64,000 nucleotides of DNA from a virus, in the IMG/VR virus record IMGVR_UViG_3300028045_000008, positions 32,001-96,000 of that record; one strand, given 5' to 3'. Made by a program: the position numbers and the translations under genes. The notes under the pieces are model-generated. The model made no database searches, had not been told where the DNA came from, and saw nothing but the letters and a program-made list of their open reading frames with translations. This document shows, piece by piece, positions 28,033 through 37,533 of this stretch; within the stretch, counting starts at the first letter, position 1, and each line of letters begins with the position of its first letter.

Positions 28033-28868
28033 ATATTATAGGCCTGGGTTCCGCAGGAGTTAAGATTGCGGATTGTTTTGGAAAATATCCTCAATATGAT
28101 ATCTATAAGATCGATGTGGGCCTGGAGGGAGAGCGCTGTTATGCACTTCCTGAGTGCGATTCAGCCGAAGAGTATGAAACCGTCAAACTCCCGAGGATAA
28201 AGACCTTCTTCAAGGGACTCAAGGGCGAGGCGCTTGTCATCATTGGCGGGTCTGGAAAGGTATCGTGTGCCTCACTTCGAATTCTTGAAAATATCAGGAG
28301 CCTGTCAATCTCGATTATGTATATAAAGCCAGACATGTCCCTGTTGGGTGGTACTCCGCTGCTCCGCGAGAAGGTTGTATTCGGGGTACTCCAGGAATAC
28401 GCGAGATCCGGAGTTTTTGAGAAGATGTATCTTATATCAAACGAAGCACTGGATGAAATTATCGACGGCGCGCCAATTATCGGATATCACGATAAGCTGA
28501 ACGAGGTATTGGTACCAGCATTCCATATGATAAAGGTCTTTGATAATACAGACCCCGTGATTGGAAAGATTGAGAAGTCAAAGATAACACATCGAATTAC
28601 TACCATCGGCATATACGATGCAGCCAAGAATAAGGAAAAAAAGTTTTTTTCGCTTGACAATGTGAGAGAAAAATGCTATATTTATGGTATCAATGAAGAA
28701 AAACTTAAGAATGATGGTAAATTGTTTAAAAAAATAATGAGTCAAATAAAGTCAAAATCGGAAGAAAATGTTAAGGTATCTTATGCCATTTATTCTACTG
28801 ATTATGATTACGATATCGCATATGTCATCGAAAGGACTCCATGCATTCAAAATAAAAATAACGAATAA
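28029..28868 (+). CDS. Divergent tubulin/FtsZ (PhuZ-like) protein
   Basis: N-terminal IIGLGSAGVKIAD, degenerate signature GGSGKVS, ISNEAL and KLNEVL. Confidence 0.6.
   Translation: MNIIGLGSAGVKIADCFGKYPQYDIYKIDVGLEGERCYALPECDSAEEYETVKLPRIKTFFKGLKGEALVIIGGSGKVSCASLRILENIRSLSISIMYIKPDMSLLGGTPLLREKVVFGVLQEYARSGVFEKMYLISNEALDEIIDGAPIIGYHDKLNEVLVPAFHMIKVFDNTDPVIGKIEKSKITHRITTIGIYDAAKNKEKKFFSLDNVREKCYIYGINEEKLKNDGKLFKKIMSQIKSKSEENVKVSYAIYSTDYDYDIAYVIERTPCIQNKNNE
28654..28682 (+). promoter_or_regulatory. Sigma70-type promoter
   Basis: TTGACA-N17-TATATT with TG extended -10. Confidence 0.7.
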
Positions 28869-28883
28869 AGTTTCAGAAAGTCC

Positions 28884-28912
28884 TTGACAATCTGGGGAGG
28901 TTATGTTATATT
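28884..28912 (+). promoter_or_regulatory. Sigma70-type promoter for SSB
   Basis: TTGACA-N17-TATATT with TG extended -10. Confidence 0.8.
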
Positions 28913-29022
28913 AGTATTACAATGATGGCAGTATTGCTGTCATTATCTTAAACAAAATTAGCAGAATAAGAGATTTGTTATTCTGACTTTAGCCAATCGG
29001 CAAACTACTAGGAGAAAAATAA

Positions 29023-29814
29023 ATGGGATTAGATTTAACAAAAATTCAAGCACGGCTTGATAACGTAAAGAGCAACGGCAAAGCCGGAGGTTCCTTCTGG
29101 CGCCCACAGGATGGTCAGCAGGTTATCCGTATCGTTCCGACTTCGGACGGTGACCCTTTCAAGGATTATTGGTTTCACTATAACCTCGGCCCAGAGCAAC
29201 GCGGTGGATTGATATGTCCGAAGAAAAATCATGGAGATGATTGCCCTATCTGTGACTTCAAGGATCAGCTTTGGAAGGAATATAATAGCACGCAAGACAC
29301 AGACACTCTTAAGTTGGCCAAGGATATGACACCTCGACAACGCTTCTTCTCTCCAGTAATGGTCCGAGGGGAAGAGTCTGGTGGAATTCGAATCTGGGGA
29401 TATGGCAAAGAAGCTTACACCTCGTTGTTGAATCTGGTTCTAAATCCCGAATACGGAGATATCACTGACGTCGACGCAGGGACAGATCTGACTTTGACGT
29501 ATGGCAAGCCTCCTGGCGCTAACTTCCCAAAGACAACTTTGACACCTCGGCGCCGCACTTCTCCGCTTTGTGATGAAGCTGTTGGCGGCGATGAAGAGTG
29601 CTCACGCCTGCTGGAGAATATTCCAAACTTCGACAATCTCTTTCCGACCAAGTCCTTAGAGGAGGTTCAAGAGGCCCTCGATTCCTTCATGGCTTCGCTT
29701 GGAGACTCCGCCGACCCTGTCGCCGGAATTGATCTAACAGACTCGGAAGCTTATAAACCAGCCTCTAGTTCAACTGAAGTTTTGTCAGCTTTCAACGAGC
29801 TAACAGGAAATTAA
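29023..29814 (+). CDS. Single-stranded DNA-binding protein (gp32-like)
   Basis: FWRP, IRIVP, Zn-type H..CP...CPIC, YGDITD..G.D and an acidic C-terminal tail. Confidence 0.85.
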   Translation: MGLDLTKIQARLDNVKSNGKAGGSFWRPQDGQQVIRIVPTSDGDPFKDYWFHYNLGPEQRGGLICPKKNHGDDCPICDFKDQLWKEYNSTQDTDTLKLAKDMTPRQRFFSPVMVRGEESGGIRIWGYGKEAYTSLLNLVLNPEYGDITDVDAGTDLTLTYGKPPGANFPKTTLTPRRRTSPLCDEAVGGDEECSRLLENIPNFDNLFPTKSLEEVQEALDSFMASLGDSADPVAGIDLTDSEAYKPASSSTEVLSAFNELTGN

Positions 29815-29876
29815 AAACATGCCGCAGGGAGGCACGGGTTTACAGGTGCCTCAAACTTAAAAAATAAAGGATTATT

Positions 29877-30320
29877 ATGTCGACAGTAAAAAATGGTGAT
29901 CACGTTTTGGTTAATTACCGCGGGACACTTGAAGATGGAGCAGAATTTGATAACTCATATACTCGCGGAGAGCCCTTGGCAGTCAAAGTGGGAGATGAAA
30001 GGTTGATCGCCGGCTTTAGCAACGCTATTGTAGGTATGTCAATCGGAGAGAAGAAAGAGGCGCTGCTAGCCCCAGAAGATGCCTATGGCCCACCCAACCC
30101 CGCCGCAGTGACACACATCGATCGTTCTGCGTTCCCGGAAGATTTGGAACTACAAGTTGGTATGCCAATCCCACTATCGAATGCAGAAGGCTCAACGGCA
30201 GTCGGACATGTAACTCAAATTAATGAGCAAGCTATTACGGTCGACTTGAACCACCCCCTTGCAGGAAAGAGCCTATTGTTTGAAATTGAACTGGTCGAGA
30301 TCACAGAAGAAGGAACATAG
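29877..30320 (+). CDS. FKBP-type peptidyl-prolyl isomerase (SlyD/SlpA-like)
   Basis: YRGTLEDGAEFD, PEDAYG and VDLNHPLAGK. Confidence 0.93.
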   Translation: MSTVKNGDHVLVNYRGTLEDGAEFDNSYTRGEPLAVKVGDERLIAGFSNAIVGMSIGEKKEALLAPEDAYGPPNPAAVTHIDRSAFPEDLELQVGMPIPLSNAEGSTAVGHVTQINEQAITVDLNHPLAGKSLLFEIELVEITEEGT

Positions 30321-31439
30321 ATGGCTAAAAAAACAACATCACCTGGTAAGCTATCTCTGGGAGATATGCAGAAGATTATCAATAAAAAGGCGGGAATGAA
30401 CGTTGCCCATAACCTGAAGGAAAAGAATCCGACAGAAGTTACGCAATGGATTCCGACGGGATCTCGTTGGCTTGATTCTATTATTTGTCGAGGAAAGCTT
30501 TCCGGAATTCCGGTGGGCAAGGTTACGGAAATCGCCGGCCTTGAAGCGACTGGGAAGTCATATATGGCCGCTCAGATCGCAGCAAACGCCCAAAAGATGG
30601 GAGTGGATGTTGTTTATTTTGATTCGGAATCGGCCATTGACCCAACCTTCCTTGAGAACACCGGATGCGATCTCGACAAGTTACTTTATGTTCAAGCAAC
30701 CTCTGTCGAGTTCGTTCTGGAAACCATGGAGGAGCTTCTTGGTTCAGACAACCAGATCCTCTTTATCTGGGATTCTCTGGCATTGACTCCCGCAATTTCC
30801 GACGTCGAGGGGGATTTCAACCCTCAGTCATCTATGGCGATGAAAGCTCGTATTTTAGCGAAAGGTATGTCGAAGTTGACACTAGCAATCGCAAACACTA
30901 AATCGACTTTCCTAGTCCTAAATCAGCTAAAGACAAATATTACCCGCTCTCCCAGCGAGGCTATGACTACCCCGTATGTTACTCCCGGCGGAAAAGCCAT
31001 GATTTATGCGTATTCTTTACGCATCTGGCTCACCGGTCGCAAGGCAAAAGCTAGTTTCGTCTTGGATGATAATGGATTCCGCATTGGGTCAGAAGTCAAA
31101 GTAAAGCTTGAGAAGTCAAGGTTCGGAACACAGGGTCGACGCTGCAACTTTCGAATTTTATGGGGAGGAGATCAGGTCAGCATCCAAGATGATGAGTCCC
31201 TTTTTGAGGCCGTCAAGGGCTCTGACAACATCAAGCAATCCGGCGCCTGGTTTACAATGGTTTTCGACGACGGATCGACTGAAAAGTTCCAAGCCTCAAA
31301 GTGGGCCGACAAGATGCAGGACGATAAATTTCGACAAAGAGTATATCAGATCATCGATGAAGAGATCATTTATAAATTTGATAATCGGCAAGGAAAAGCA
31401 GAAGATTTTTACGAAAATGAAGAGACTATAGAGATTTAA
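30321..31439 (+). CDS. recA: RecA/UvsX recombinase
   Basis: IPTGSRWLD, Walker A GLEATGKS, YFDSE, IWDS, NQL and TPGGKA. Confidence 0.93.
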   Translation: MAKKTTSPGKLSLGDMQKIINKKAGMNVAHNLKEKNPTEVTQWIPTGSRWLDSIICRGKLSGIPVGKVTEIAGLEATGKSYMAAQIAANAQKMGVDVVYFDSESAIDPTFLENTGCDLDKLLYVQATSVEFVLETMEELLGSDNQILFIWDSLALTPAISDVEGDFNPQSSMAMKARILAKGMSKLTLAIANTKSTFLVLNQLKTNITRSPSEAMTTPYVTPGGKAMIYAYSLRIWLTGRKAKASFVLDDNGFRIGSEVKVKLEKSRFGTQGRRCNFRILWGGDQVSIQDDESLFEAVKGSDNIKQSGAWFTMVFDDGSTEKFQASKWADKMQDDKFRQRVYQIIDEEIIYKFDNRQGKAEDFYENEETIEI

Positions 31440-31464
31440 CATAACCTAAAAGTAGGAGAGAGAG

Positions 31465-31770
31465 ATGAAACAATTATTTAAAATCGCCTTACTGGCAATG
31501 GCAATCGTTTTGCCACTCGATGAAGCAGCCGCCTGTGATAGGTGCGAATCGACTAAGGTGTGGGTAGACGCCTACCGAGATAGTCATGGTCACTATCATG
31601 AAGCTCACTGGAAGATCGTCGAACTATGCCGACCACCAGCACCGCCCGTTCGCCCCCGTGTAATCGTCCGAGTACCAGTGGTAACATTCCACACTAGCCG
31701 CTCTCATCATCGCCATGTCCAGACACGGTCGCACCACGCACCAACTCGCCATCATCACCACCGACGCTAG
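31465..31770 (+). CDS. Secreted His-rich small protein
   Basis: Signal peptide, CxxC, VWVDAY..HGHYHEAHW and a His-rich tail. AGGAG RBS. Confidence 0.6.
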   Translation: MKQLFKIALLAMAIVLPLDEAAACDRCESTKVWVDAYRDSHGHYHEAHWKIVELCRPPAPPVRPRVIVRVPVVTFHTSRSHHRHVQTRSHHAPTRHHHHRR

Positions 31771-31823
31771 CTAAACTTGCTCACCAATTTGTCCTTTGAC
31801 TTGCCAGTTGACTATATTATAGT

Positions 31824-32483
31824 ATGGCAAGTCACAAGAACAAGTTAAAGCATCACAAGCTACTATTCGAATTGAAGTTTCTTTATGCAGATTTGGAATA
31901 CCATACTGCTGCCTTACAAGATGCGGGGAATAACTTCCAGAAGGAAGTGATGAGTAGGATGACAAATCCTTCACCAACCCCACCAGCTTCAAGTGCCCCA
32001 GCACAGCAAGAGTTCTCTCCTGAACAGGACGACGCACATGGGGCAGATGCCGAAAAGAGTGACATATTCCAAATAGATAAGAAGAACATCAATAAGGATG
32101 TTAAAGACTTATATAAGAGAATTGTTACAGTGACCCATCCGGATAAATTGACTTCTCTTTCGGAAGAGGAGAGAAAGCACAAAAGGGCGATCTTTCTAAA
32201 GGCCACATCTGCCGCCGAGGAAAATAGACTATTCGCCCTTCAGCAAATAGCCCTCGATCTTGGTATCGACATCGGATTATTGAGCGATGAACAGGTTAAG
32301 ATCCTTGAGCTAGAATCTGAAAAGATAAAGAAAGAAATAAAGCAAATGACGAATTCTTACGCCTGGGTATGGTACAACGAAGATTCGGAAGAAAGCAAAG
32401 AAGAGTTAATGTCAAGTTACTTTGATATATTAAAGACCTTGGCAGAGAAAGATAAAGAGAAAAATCCGGAGAGTGAAGAGTGA
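31824..32483 (+). CDS. J-domain-containing protein
   Basis: DLYKRIVTVTHPDK contains the HPD motif. Confidence 0.65.
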   Translation: MASHKNKLKHHKLLFELKFLYADLEYHTAALQDAGNNFQKEVMSRMTNPSPTPPASSAPAQQEFSPEQDDAHGADAEKSDIFQIDKKNINKDVKDLYKRIVTVTHPDKLTSLSEEERKHKRAIFLKATSAAEENRLFALQQIALDLGIDIGLLSDEQVKILELESEKIKKEIKQMTNSYAWVWYNEDSEESKEELMSSYFDILKTLAEKDKEKNPESEE

Positions 32484-33436
32484 AAAGACTGTTGGTTATA
32501 GATGCCCTTAACGCATATTTTAGAGCTTATATCGTAGACCCGAGCTTGTCTACCAATGGGCAACCCATCGGAGGATACAAGGGGTTCGTTAAGATCCTCC
32601 AGAAGTTATGTCGAGAAATGAAGCCTGATGAAATTATCATAGCTTGGGATGGCGCAGGTGGATCGCAGAGAAGGAAGGCGGTCAACAAGAACTATAAAGA
32701 AGGGCGTAAGCCAATTCGTTTGAATCGAGACATAAAGAATCTGACTGAAGACGAGGAGATGAAAAATAAGGTATGGCAGCAACATAGGCTAATGGAATTA
32801 CTAAACGATATGCCGGTCATCCAACTGATGAACGATGGCGTCGAGGCAGATGATATTATCTCTTATGTGGTCCAGCTTCCACACTACAAAGGGTGGCAAA
32901 AGGTAATCGTTTCGAGCGATAAAGATTTTTTTCAACTCTGCGATAATGAGACGGTTATTTATCGCCCGATTCAGAAAAAGTTTGTAAACAAGCCGAGGAT
33001 TCTGGAGGAGTTTTCGATCCACCCTGGCAACTTTGCCTTGGCACGCGCAATCGCAGGAGATAAATCAGACAACCTTCCAGGCGCCAAGGGCGTCGGGTTA
33101 GCTACGATTTCAAAAAGGTTTCCGTTCTTTGCTGAAGAGTCCGACATCGCCTTCGATAAACTGTTTGATTTCTGTGAAAACGATAACACCAATCTGAGAG
33201 TCTTTTCTTCCATACTTGAGAGCAGAGAGACGATTGTAGAGAATTATAAGATTATGCAACTGTATTCTCCATCTATCTCAATCGACGGTAAGAGGAGAAT
33301 TAAACAAACTGTTGAAAATTACGAACCCCAGTTTAATAAGACTGGTGTGATAAAGAGGATGTCAAATGACGGATTTGGAGAGTGGAACACTACGGCTCTG
33401 TTCGCCACCTTCAAAAGAATCACAAGTAATGTTTGA
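32480..33436 (+). CDS. 5'-3' exonuclease/flap endonuclease (T4 RNase H / PolI N-terminal-like)
   Basis: LLVID, AWDG, YKEGR, EADDII, SSDKDFFQL and GDKSDNLPG. Confidence 0.93.
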   Translation: MKRLLVIDALNAYFRAYIVDPSLSTNGQPIGGYKGFVKILQKLCREMKPDEIIIAWDGAGGSQRRKAVNKNYKEGRKPIRLNRDIKNLTEDEEMKNKVWQQHRLMELLNDMPVIQLMNDGVEADDIISYVVQLPHYKGWQKVIVSSDKDFFQLCDNETVIYRPIQKKFVNKPRILEEFSIHPGNFALARAIAGDKSDNLPGAKGVGLATISKRFPFFAEESDIAFDKLFDFCENDNTNLRVFSSILESRETIVENYKIMQLYSPSISIDGKRRIKQTVENYEPQFNKTGVIKRMSNDGFGEWNTTALFATFKRITSNV

Positions 33437-33461
33437 CAAATACAATATTTAATGTTATATT
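33433..33461 (+). promoter_or_regulatory. Sigma70-type promoter
   Basis: TTGACA-N17-TATATT with TG. Confidence 0.8.
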
Positions 33462-33481
33462 AACATTAGATAGGGGGGCGA

Positions 33482-34837
33482 ATGTCCAAAGAAGATTTTA
33501 GTCAATATGGCAAAGACTTTCAAGAAATGCTGTGCCATTTGATACTGATCGATAGACCGTTTGCTGACCAGATGTTCGAAGTCCTCGACGTTAATTTCCT
33601 AGAACTAAAATACCTTCAGGAATTTGTAAATTTAATTTCGAAATACCGCGAAAAGTTTGAAGTCCATCCCACTGAAAAGATAATGACTTCAGTCTTGAGA
33701 ACGGAAATAGAAAATCTAAATGAATCGGTTCAACAGCAAATTAGAAATTTCTTTGCTAGAATATCTAAATCCGATATAGAAGAATCGACATATATCAAGG
33801 AGACTAGTTTAGACTTCTGTCGAAAGCAAAAGCTCAAAGGAGCAATGTTAAGGTCTGTGAAGTTGCTTCAGAAGTCCTCGTTCGACGAAATTGCCGAAGT
33901 CATTAATGAGGCTTTGCGCCTGGGTTCTGATTCTGATTTTGGCCATGATTATTTAAAAGACTTCGAACAAAGATTCATCTTGAAGGCTAGAAATCCAGTT
34001 CCCACTGGCTGGTCTGAGATAGATAGTATAACTCACCAAGGCTTGGGCGCCGGAGAGTTGGGTGTCGTCATCGCCCCTACTGGTGCAGGAAAGTCCATGG
34101 CTCTCGTCCACATCGGCGCCCAAGCCATAGCGGCCGGAAAGAATGTGGTCTATTATACTCTAGAGCTTTCGGACACCGTGGTTGGGTCACGGTTCGATTC
34201 TTGCCTGACCAAAGTCCCACTTGGCTCCCTCCACTCTTTTAAGGAAGAGATATACGAGAAAATTCAAGATCTCGAAGGAAACTTGATTGTCAAGGAATAT
34301 CCAACAAAATCTTCGAGTGTCAATACACTAAAGCATCATTTGGAAAAAATGAAGAACCGGGACTTTACTCCGGATGTGATAATCGTCGATTATGCGGACC
34401 TTTTGAGGCCATCTTCAAATTTAAGAGAGAAAAGGCACGAATTGGAGACTATTTATGAGCAGTTGAGAGCCTTGGCGCAAGTACACAAATGCTGTGTATG
34501 GACTGCTTCCCAGACAAATCGTTCTGGGCTAAATGCCGAAGTTATCACTATGGAATCAATATCAGAGGCCTTTAACAAATGTTTTGTCGCAGACTTTATT
34601 TTTTCAATATCCAGGACCGCCGAGGACAAATTGAATAACGAGGGTCGTATCTTTATAGCCAAAAACAGAAATGGAGTTGATGGAGTGGTGTTCCCAATCT
34701 ATATGAACACATCTAACATCACCATTAAAGTCCATCCAAGTACCGGGGAGACTATCGGGGAAGTCAAGCTGGAGGCCAAGAAGCGCCAAGAAATAAAAAT
34801 GAAAGAAAAGTATGCAAGATGGAAGGAGAAAAAATAG
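33482..34837 (+). CDS. Replicative helicase DnaB/gp41 family
   Basis: Walker A APTGAGKS, YTLE, KEYP, IVDYADL, TASQTNR and KNRNG. Confidence 0.93.
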   Translation: MSKEDFSQYGKDFQEMLCHLILIDRPFADQMFEVLDVNFLELKYLQEFVNLISKYREKFEVHPTEKIMTSVLRTEIENLNESVQQQIRNFFARISKSDIEESTYIKETSLDFCRKQKLKGAMLRSVKLLQKSSFDEIAEVINEALRLGSDSDFGHDYLKDFEQRFILKARNPVPTGWSEIDSITHQGLGAGELGVVIAPTGAGKSMALVHIGAQAIAAGKNVVYYTLELSDTVVGSRFDSCLTKVPLGSLHSFKEEIYEKIQDLEGNLIVKEYPTKSSSVNTLKHHLEKMKNRDFTPDVIIVDYADLLRPSSNLREKRHELETIYEQLRALAQVHKCCVWTASQTNRSGLNAEVITMESISEAFNKCFVADFIFSISRTAEDKLNNEGRIFIAKNRNGVDGVVFPIYMNTSNITIKVHPSTGETIGEVKLEAKKRQEIKMKEKYARWKEKK

Positions 34838-37075
34838 ATGTCAATAAATACACTTCAAGAATATACAAGAATAGCAAAGTACGCCAAATACCTGCCAGAT
34901 GAGAACCGTAGAGAAACCTGGAAGGAGCAAATTGGCCGCGTTTTTGATATGCACCGGGAGGTTTTCTGTGATTTCCCCGAAGTCCTTCCTTATATTGACG
35001 AGGCCGAATCGGCCGTACTTCGAAAGGAGATTCTGGGTTCGCAGAGAATCCTTCAATTTGGTGGCACTCCGATCATCAAGCACAACGCTAGGGTATATAA
35101 TTGTGCATTCGGGCATATAAGCAGAGTGAAGGCGTTTTCAGAGTTAATGTACCTTCTGCTGTGTGGTTGCGGCGTGGGATTCTCAGTGCAGCGCCACCAC
35201 GTCGCTCAACTGCCACCGATCGCCAGGCCAAGCCGCCGCCGCAAAAAAACATTTGTAATTCCTGATTCAATTGAGGGCTGGGCAGATGCTATTGGAGTCC
35301 TGATGAGCAGTTATTTCGGCTCGGATAAGAGGTTTGATGAATATATCGGCACAACTGTAGAATTCGACTATAGTCAGATCCGGCCAGAAGGATCTGAACT
35401 AAGCTCCGGCGCAAAAGCCCCAGGCCCCGCGGGCCTAAAGCGCTCTATAAATAAAATACGAGAGGTCTTCGAGGATAGGTTGGGCCCTGCTGATCGAGAA
35501 ACCGCTCGCCCAATCGACGTATATGATATTATAATGCACTCTGCAGACGCAGTGATCTCTGGTGGTGTACGCCGATCGGCAACAATAGCTCTATTCTCCG
35601 CAGATGACGAGGAAATGGCAAAAGCGAAAACTGGCAACTGGTTCATGGAAAACCCGCAGCGCGGCCGCTCTAATAACAGTGCCCTTTTGCTGCGCAACGA
35701 AACATCGAAAGAGGATTTTGCTAATCTGATTAATTGGGTGAAAGAATTTGGAGAGCCTGGATTTGTGTGGGCAGACAATAAGGAGATGGGCTTCAATCCG
35801 TGTGTGGAGATAGGACTCTACCCAATTGACGAAACTACGGGTGAAGCCGGCTGGCAATTTTGCAACTTGGCCGAGATAAACGGCAAAAAAGCTTCTACTC
35901 CCGAAAAATTTTATAATGCTTGCCGATCTGCGGCGATTATCGGTACTTTGCAGGCAGCATATACTCATTTTCCATACTTGAGCGAAGCTACCGGTAGAAT
36001 CACCCGCAGAGAGGCCCTCCTCGGAGTCTCTATAACCGGAATGATGGACAATCCAGAAGTTCTTTTTGATTCACAAGTTCAGAGAAAGGGCGCAAAGATT
36101 GTAAAAGAAACTAACAAGATTATCGCTGATATAATAGGGATCAATCAAGCTGCTAGAACCACATGTGTGAAGCCTGCTGGATCAACTTCTTGCATTCTGG
36201 GTACCGCCTCCGGCATTCACCCCCATCACGCCAAGAGATATTTCCGAAGAGTCCAGGCAAATGTGCAAGAAAATCCCGTGAGGCACTTCAAGAAATTCAA
36301 CCCTAGAGCAGTAGAGCAGTCAGTGTGGGATCCGAATAAGGTTACAGAAGTTATTACATTTTTGTGCGAGGTACCACCAGGGGCAAAAACAAAAAATCAA
36401 ATAGGCGCAAGCGATCTGTTGGAAAACGTAAAACTCACTCAGCAAAACTGGGTTAGATATGGCGCAAATAAGGATTTGTGTGTAAAACCATGGCTATCAC
36501 ACAACGTCTCCAATACGATCCACGTCAGGGACGAAGAATGGGAGGATATTACTGACTATATTTTTAAAAATAGGAAATATTTTGCTGGAATCTCCTTGAT
36601 TCCAAATTCAGGCGACAAGGATTACCCTCAAGCTCCTTTCTGTGCCGTTCCTTATCCAAACGATATCCTGAGAACCTACGGCGCCGGCTCCTTTTTTGCC
36701 TCCGGTATTATCGAGGGAGCCATCTATTCGTTCGACGGCGACCTGTGGGCAGCATGCGACTGTTTGCTGGGGGTCGGAGTTCCACTTCACGAGGTAGACC
36801 TCGTCAAACGAGATTGGGCCCAGTCTGCCATTAAATTTTCAGACAGTCATTTTTCTGGAGATGTAAGAAAGATGACATATTGTCTAAAAGACATCTATAA
36901 TCTTAAACTTTGGGAAAAGTTATCCCAGGAATACTGCGATGTAGACTGGACCCTTATGATAGAGAAAGATGATAACGTAGATTTTCAGCAAGATTCTGCT
37001 TGTGCAGGCGGAGCTTGCGAAATGCCAGAAGAATATTTAGAGGCGATAAGAAGCCATACAAACACAGGAGAATAA
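34838..37075 (+). CDS. nrdJ: Class II (adenosylcobalamin-dependent) ribonucleotide reductase
   Basis: YNCAF, GGVRRSA, RGRSNNS, NPCVEI, TCVKPAG, SGIHP and C-terminal ACAGGAC. No beta-subunit gene nearby. Confidence 0.88.
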   Translation: MSINTLQEYTRIAKYAKYLPDENRRETWKEQIGRVFDMHREVFCDFPEVLPYIDEAESAVLRKEILGSQRILQFGGTPIIKHNARVYNCAFGHISRVKAFSELMYLLLCGCGVGFSVQRHHVAQLPPIARPSRRRKKTFVIPDSIEGWADAIGVLMSSYFGSDKRFDEYIGTTVEFDYSQIRPEGSELSSGAKAPGPAGLKRSINKIREVFEDRLGPADRETARPIDVYDIIMHSADAVISGGVRRSATIALFSADDEEMAKAKTGNWFMENPQRGRSNNSALLLRNETSKEDFANLINWVKEFGEPGFVWADNKEMGFNPCVEIGLYPIDETTGEAGWQFCNLAEINGKKASTPEKFYNACRSAAIIGTLQAAYTHFPYLSEATGRITRREALLGVSITGMMDNPEVLFDSQVQRKGAKIVKETNKIIADIIGINQAARTTCVKPAGSTSCILGTASGIHPHHAKRYFRRVQANVQENPVRHFKKFNPRAVEQSVWDPNKVTEVITFLCEVPPGAKTKNQIGASDLLENVKLTQQNWVRYGANKDLCVKPWLSHNVSNTIHVRDEEWEDITDYIFKNRKYFAGISLIPNSGDKDYPQAPFCAVPYPNDILRTYGAGSFFASGIIEGAIYSFDGDLWAACDCLLGVGVPLHEVDLVKRDWAQSAIKFSDSHFSGDVRKMTYCLKDIYNLKLWEKLSQEYCDVDWTLMIEKDDNVDFQQDSACAGGACEMPEEYLEAIRSHTNTGE

Positions 37076-37078
37076 TAA

Positions 37079-37348
37079 ATGTTTAAGCCATGTAACCGTT
37101 ATTTGATGATCGAGAGAACCCCCCAGCAGGAAAGCGAAAACCTAATAGCCCTCCCAGAGGGAGTTTTTAAGCCTGAGTCAGTTCACGAAAAAGTGAGAAT
37201 TAAAGCCATTTCCTCTGACGTCCGACCGCCTTTGGCTGCTGATCAAGAAGCAGTAGTTTTGAGCAAAATGATAGAAGAGGTGGAATTTGACAATAAAACT
37301 ATCTATTTAGTATTAGAGAATTATGTATTAGGCATAATAGGAGGATAA
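37079..37348 (+). CDS. groES: Co-chaperonin GroES-like
   Basis: KPCNRYLMIE, mobile loop LIALP and C-terminal YLVLENYVLG. Confidence 0.65.
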   Translation: MFKPCNRYLMIERTPQQESENLIALPEGVFKPESVHEKVRIKAISSDVRPPLAADQEAVVLSKMIEEVEFDNKTIYLVLENYVLGIIGG

Positions 37349-37353
37349 TACAG

Positions 37354-37515
37354 ATGACTACGAGTAATAAAGCTTTCCTTATTTTGATAAAAGATCTTAT
37401 CAAAGAGGAAATGGAAAAGAAGCAGACTTTGCTTGAGGCTCCCTACTCAGGAAAGATGGACGAAATCTTGGTTGAGAAGCTGAATATTATTTTTAATAAC
37501 AAGAAAAGCAAGTAA
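37354..37515 (+). CDS. Small hypothetical protein, 53 aa, absent from the ORF track
   Basis: AGGAGG RBS; translates as MTTSNKAFLILIKDLIKEEMEKKQTLLEAPYSGKMDEILVEKLNIIFNNKKSK. Confidence 0.6.
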   Translation: MTTSNKAFLILIKDLIKEEMEKKQTLLEAPYSGKMDEILVEKLNIIFNNKKSK

Positions 37516-37533
37516 TCAAGGAGCGGGACCTCT

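Noticed and set aside
31789-31823. Sigma70 promoter before the J-domain gene
   Set aside because: The -35 (TTGACT or TTGTCC) and the spacing are ambiguous, so it is not supported well enough to list.
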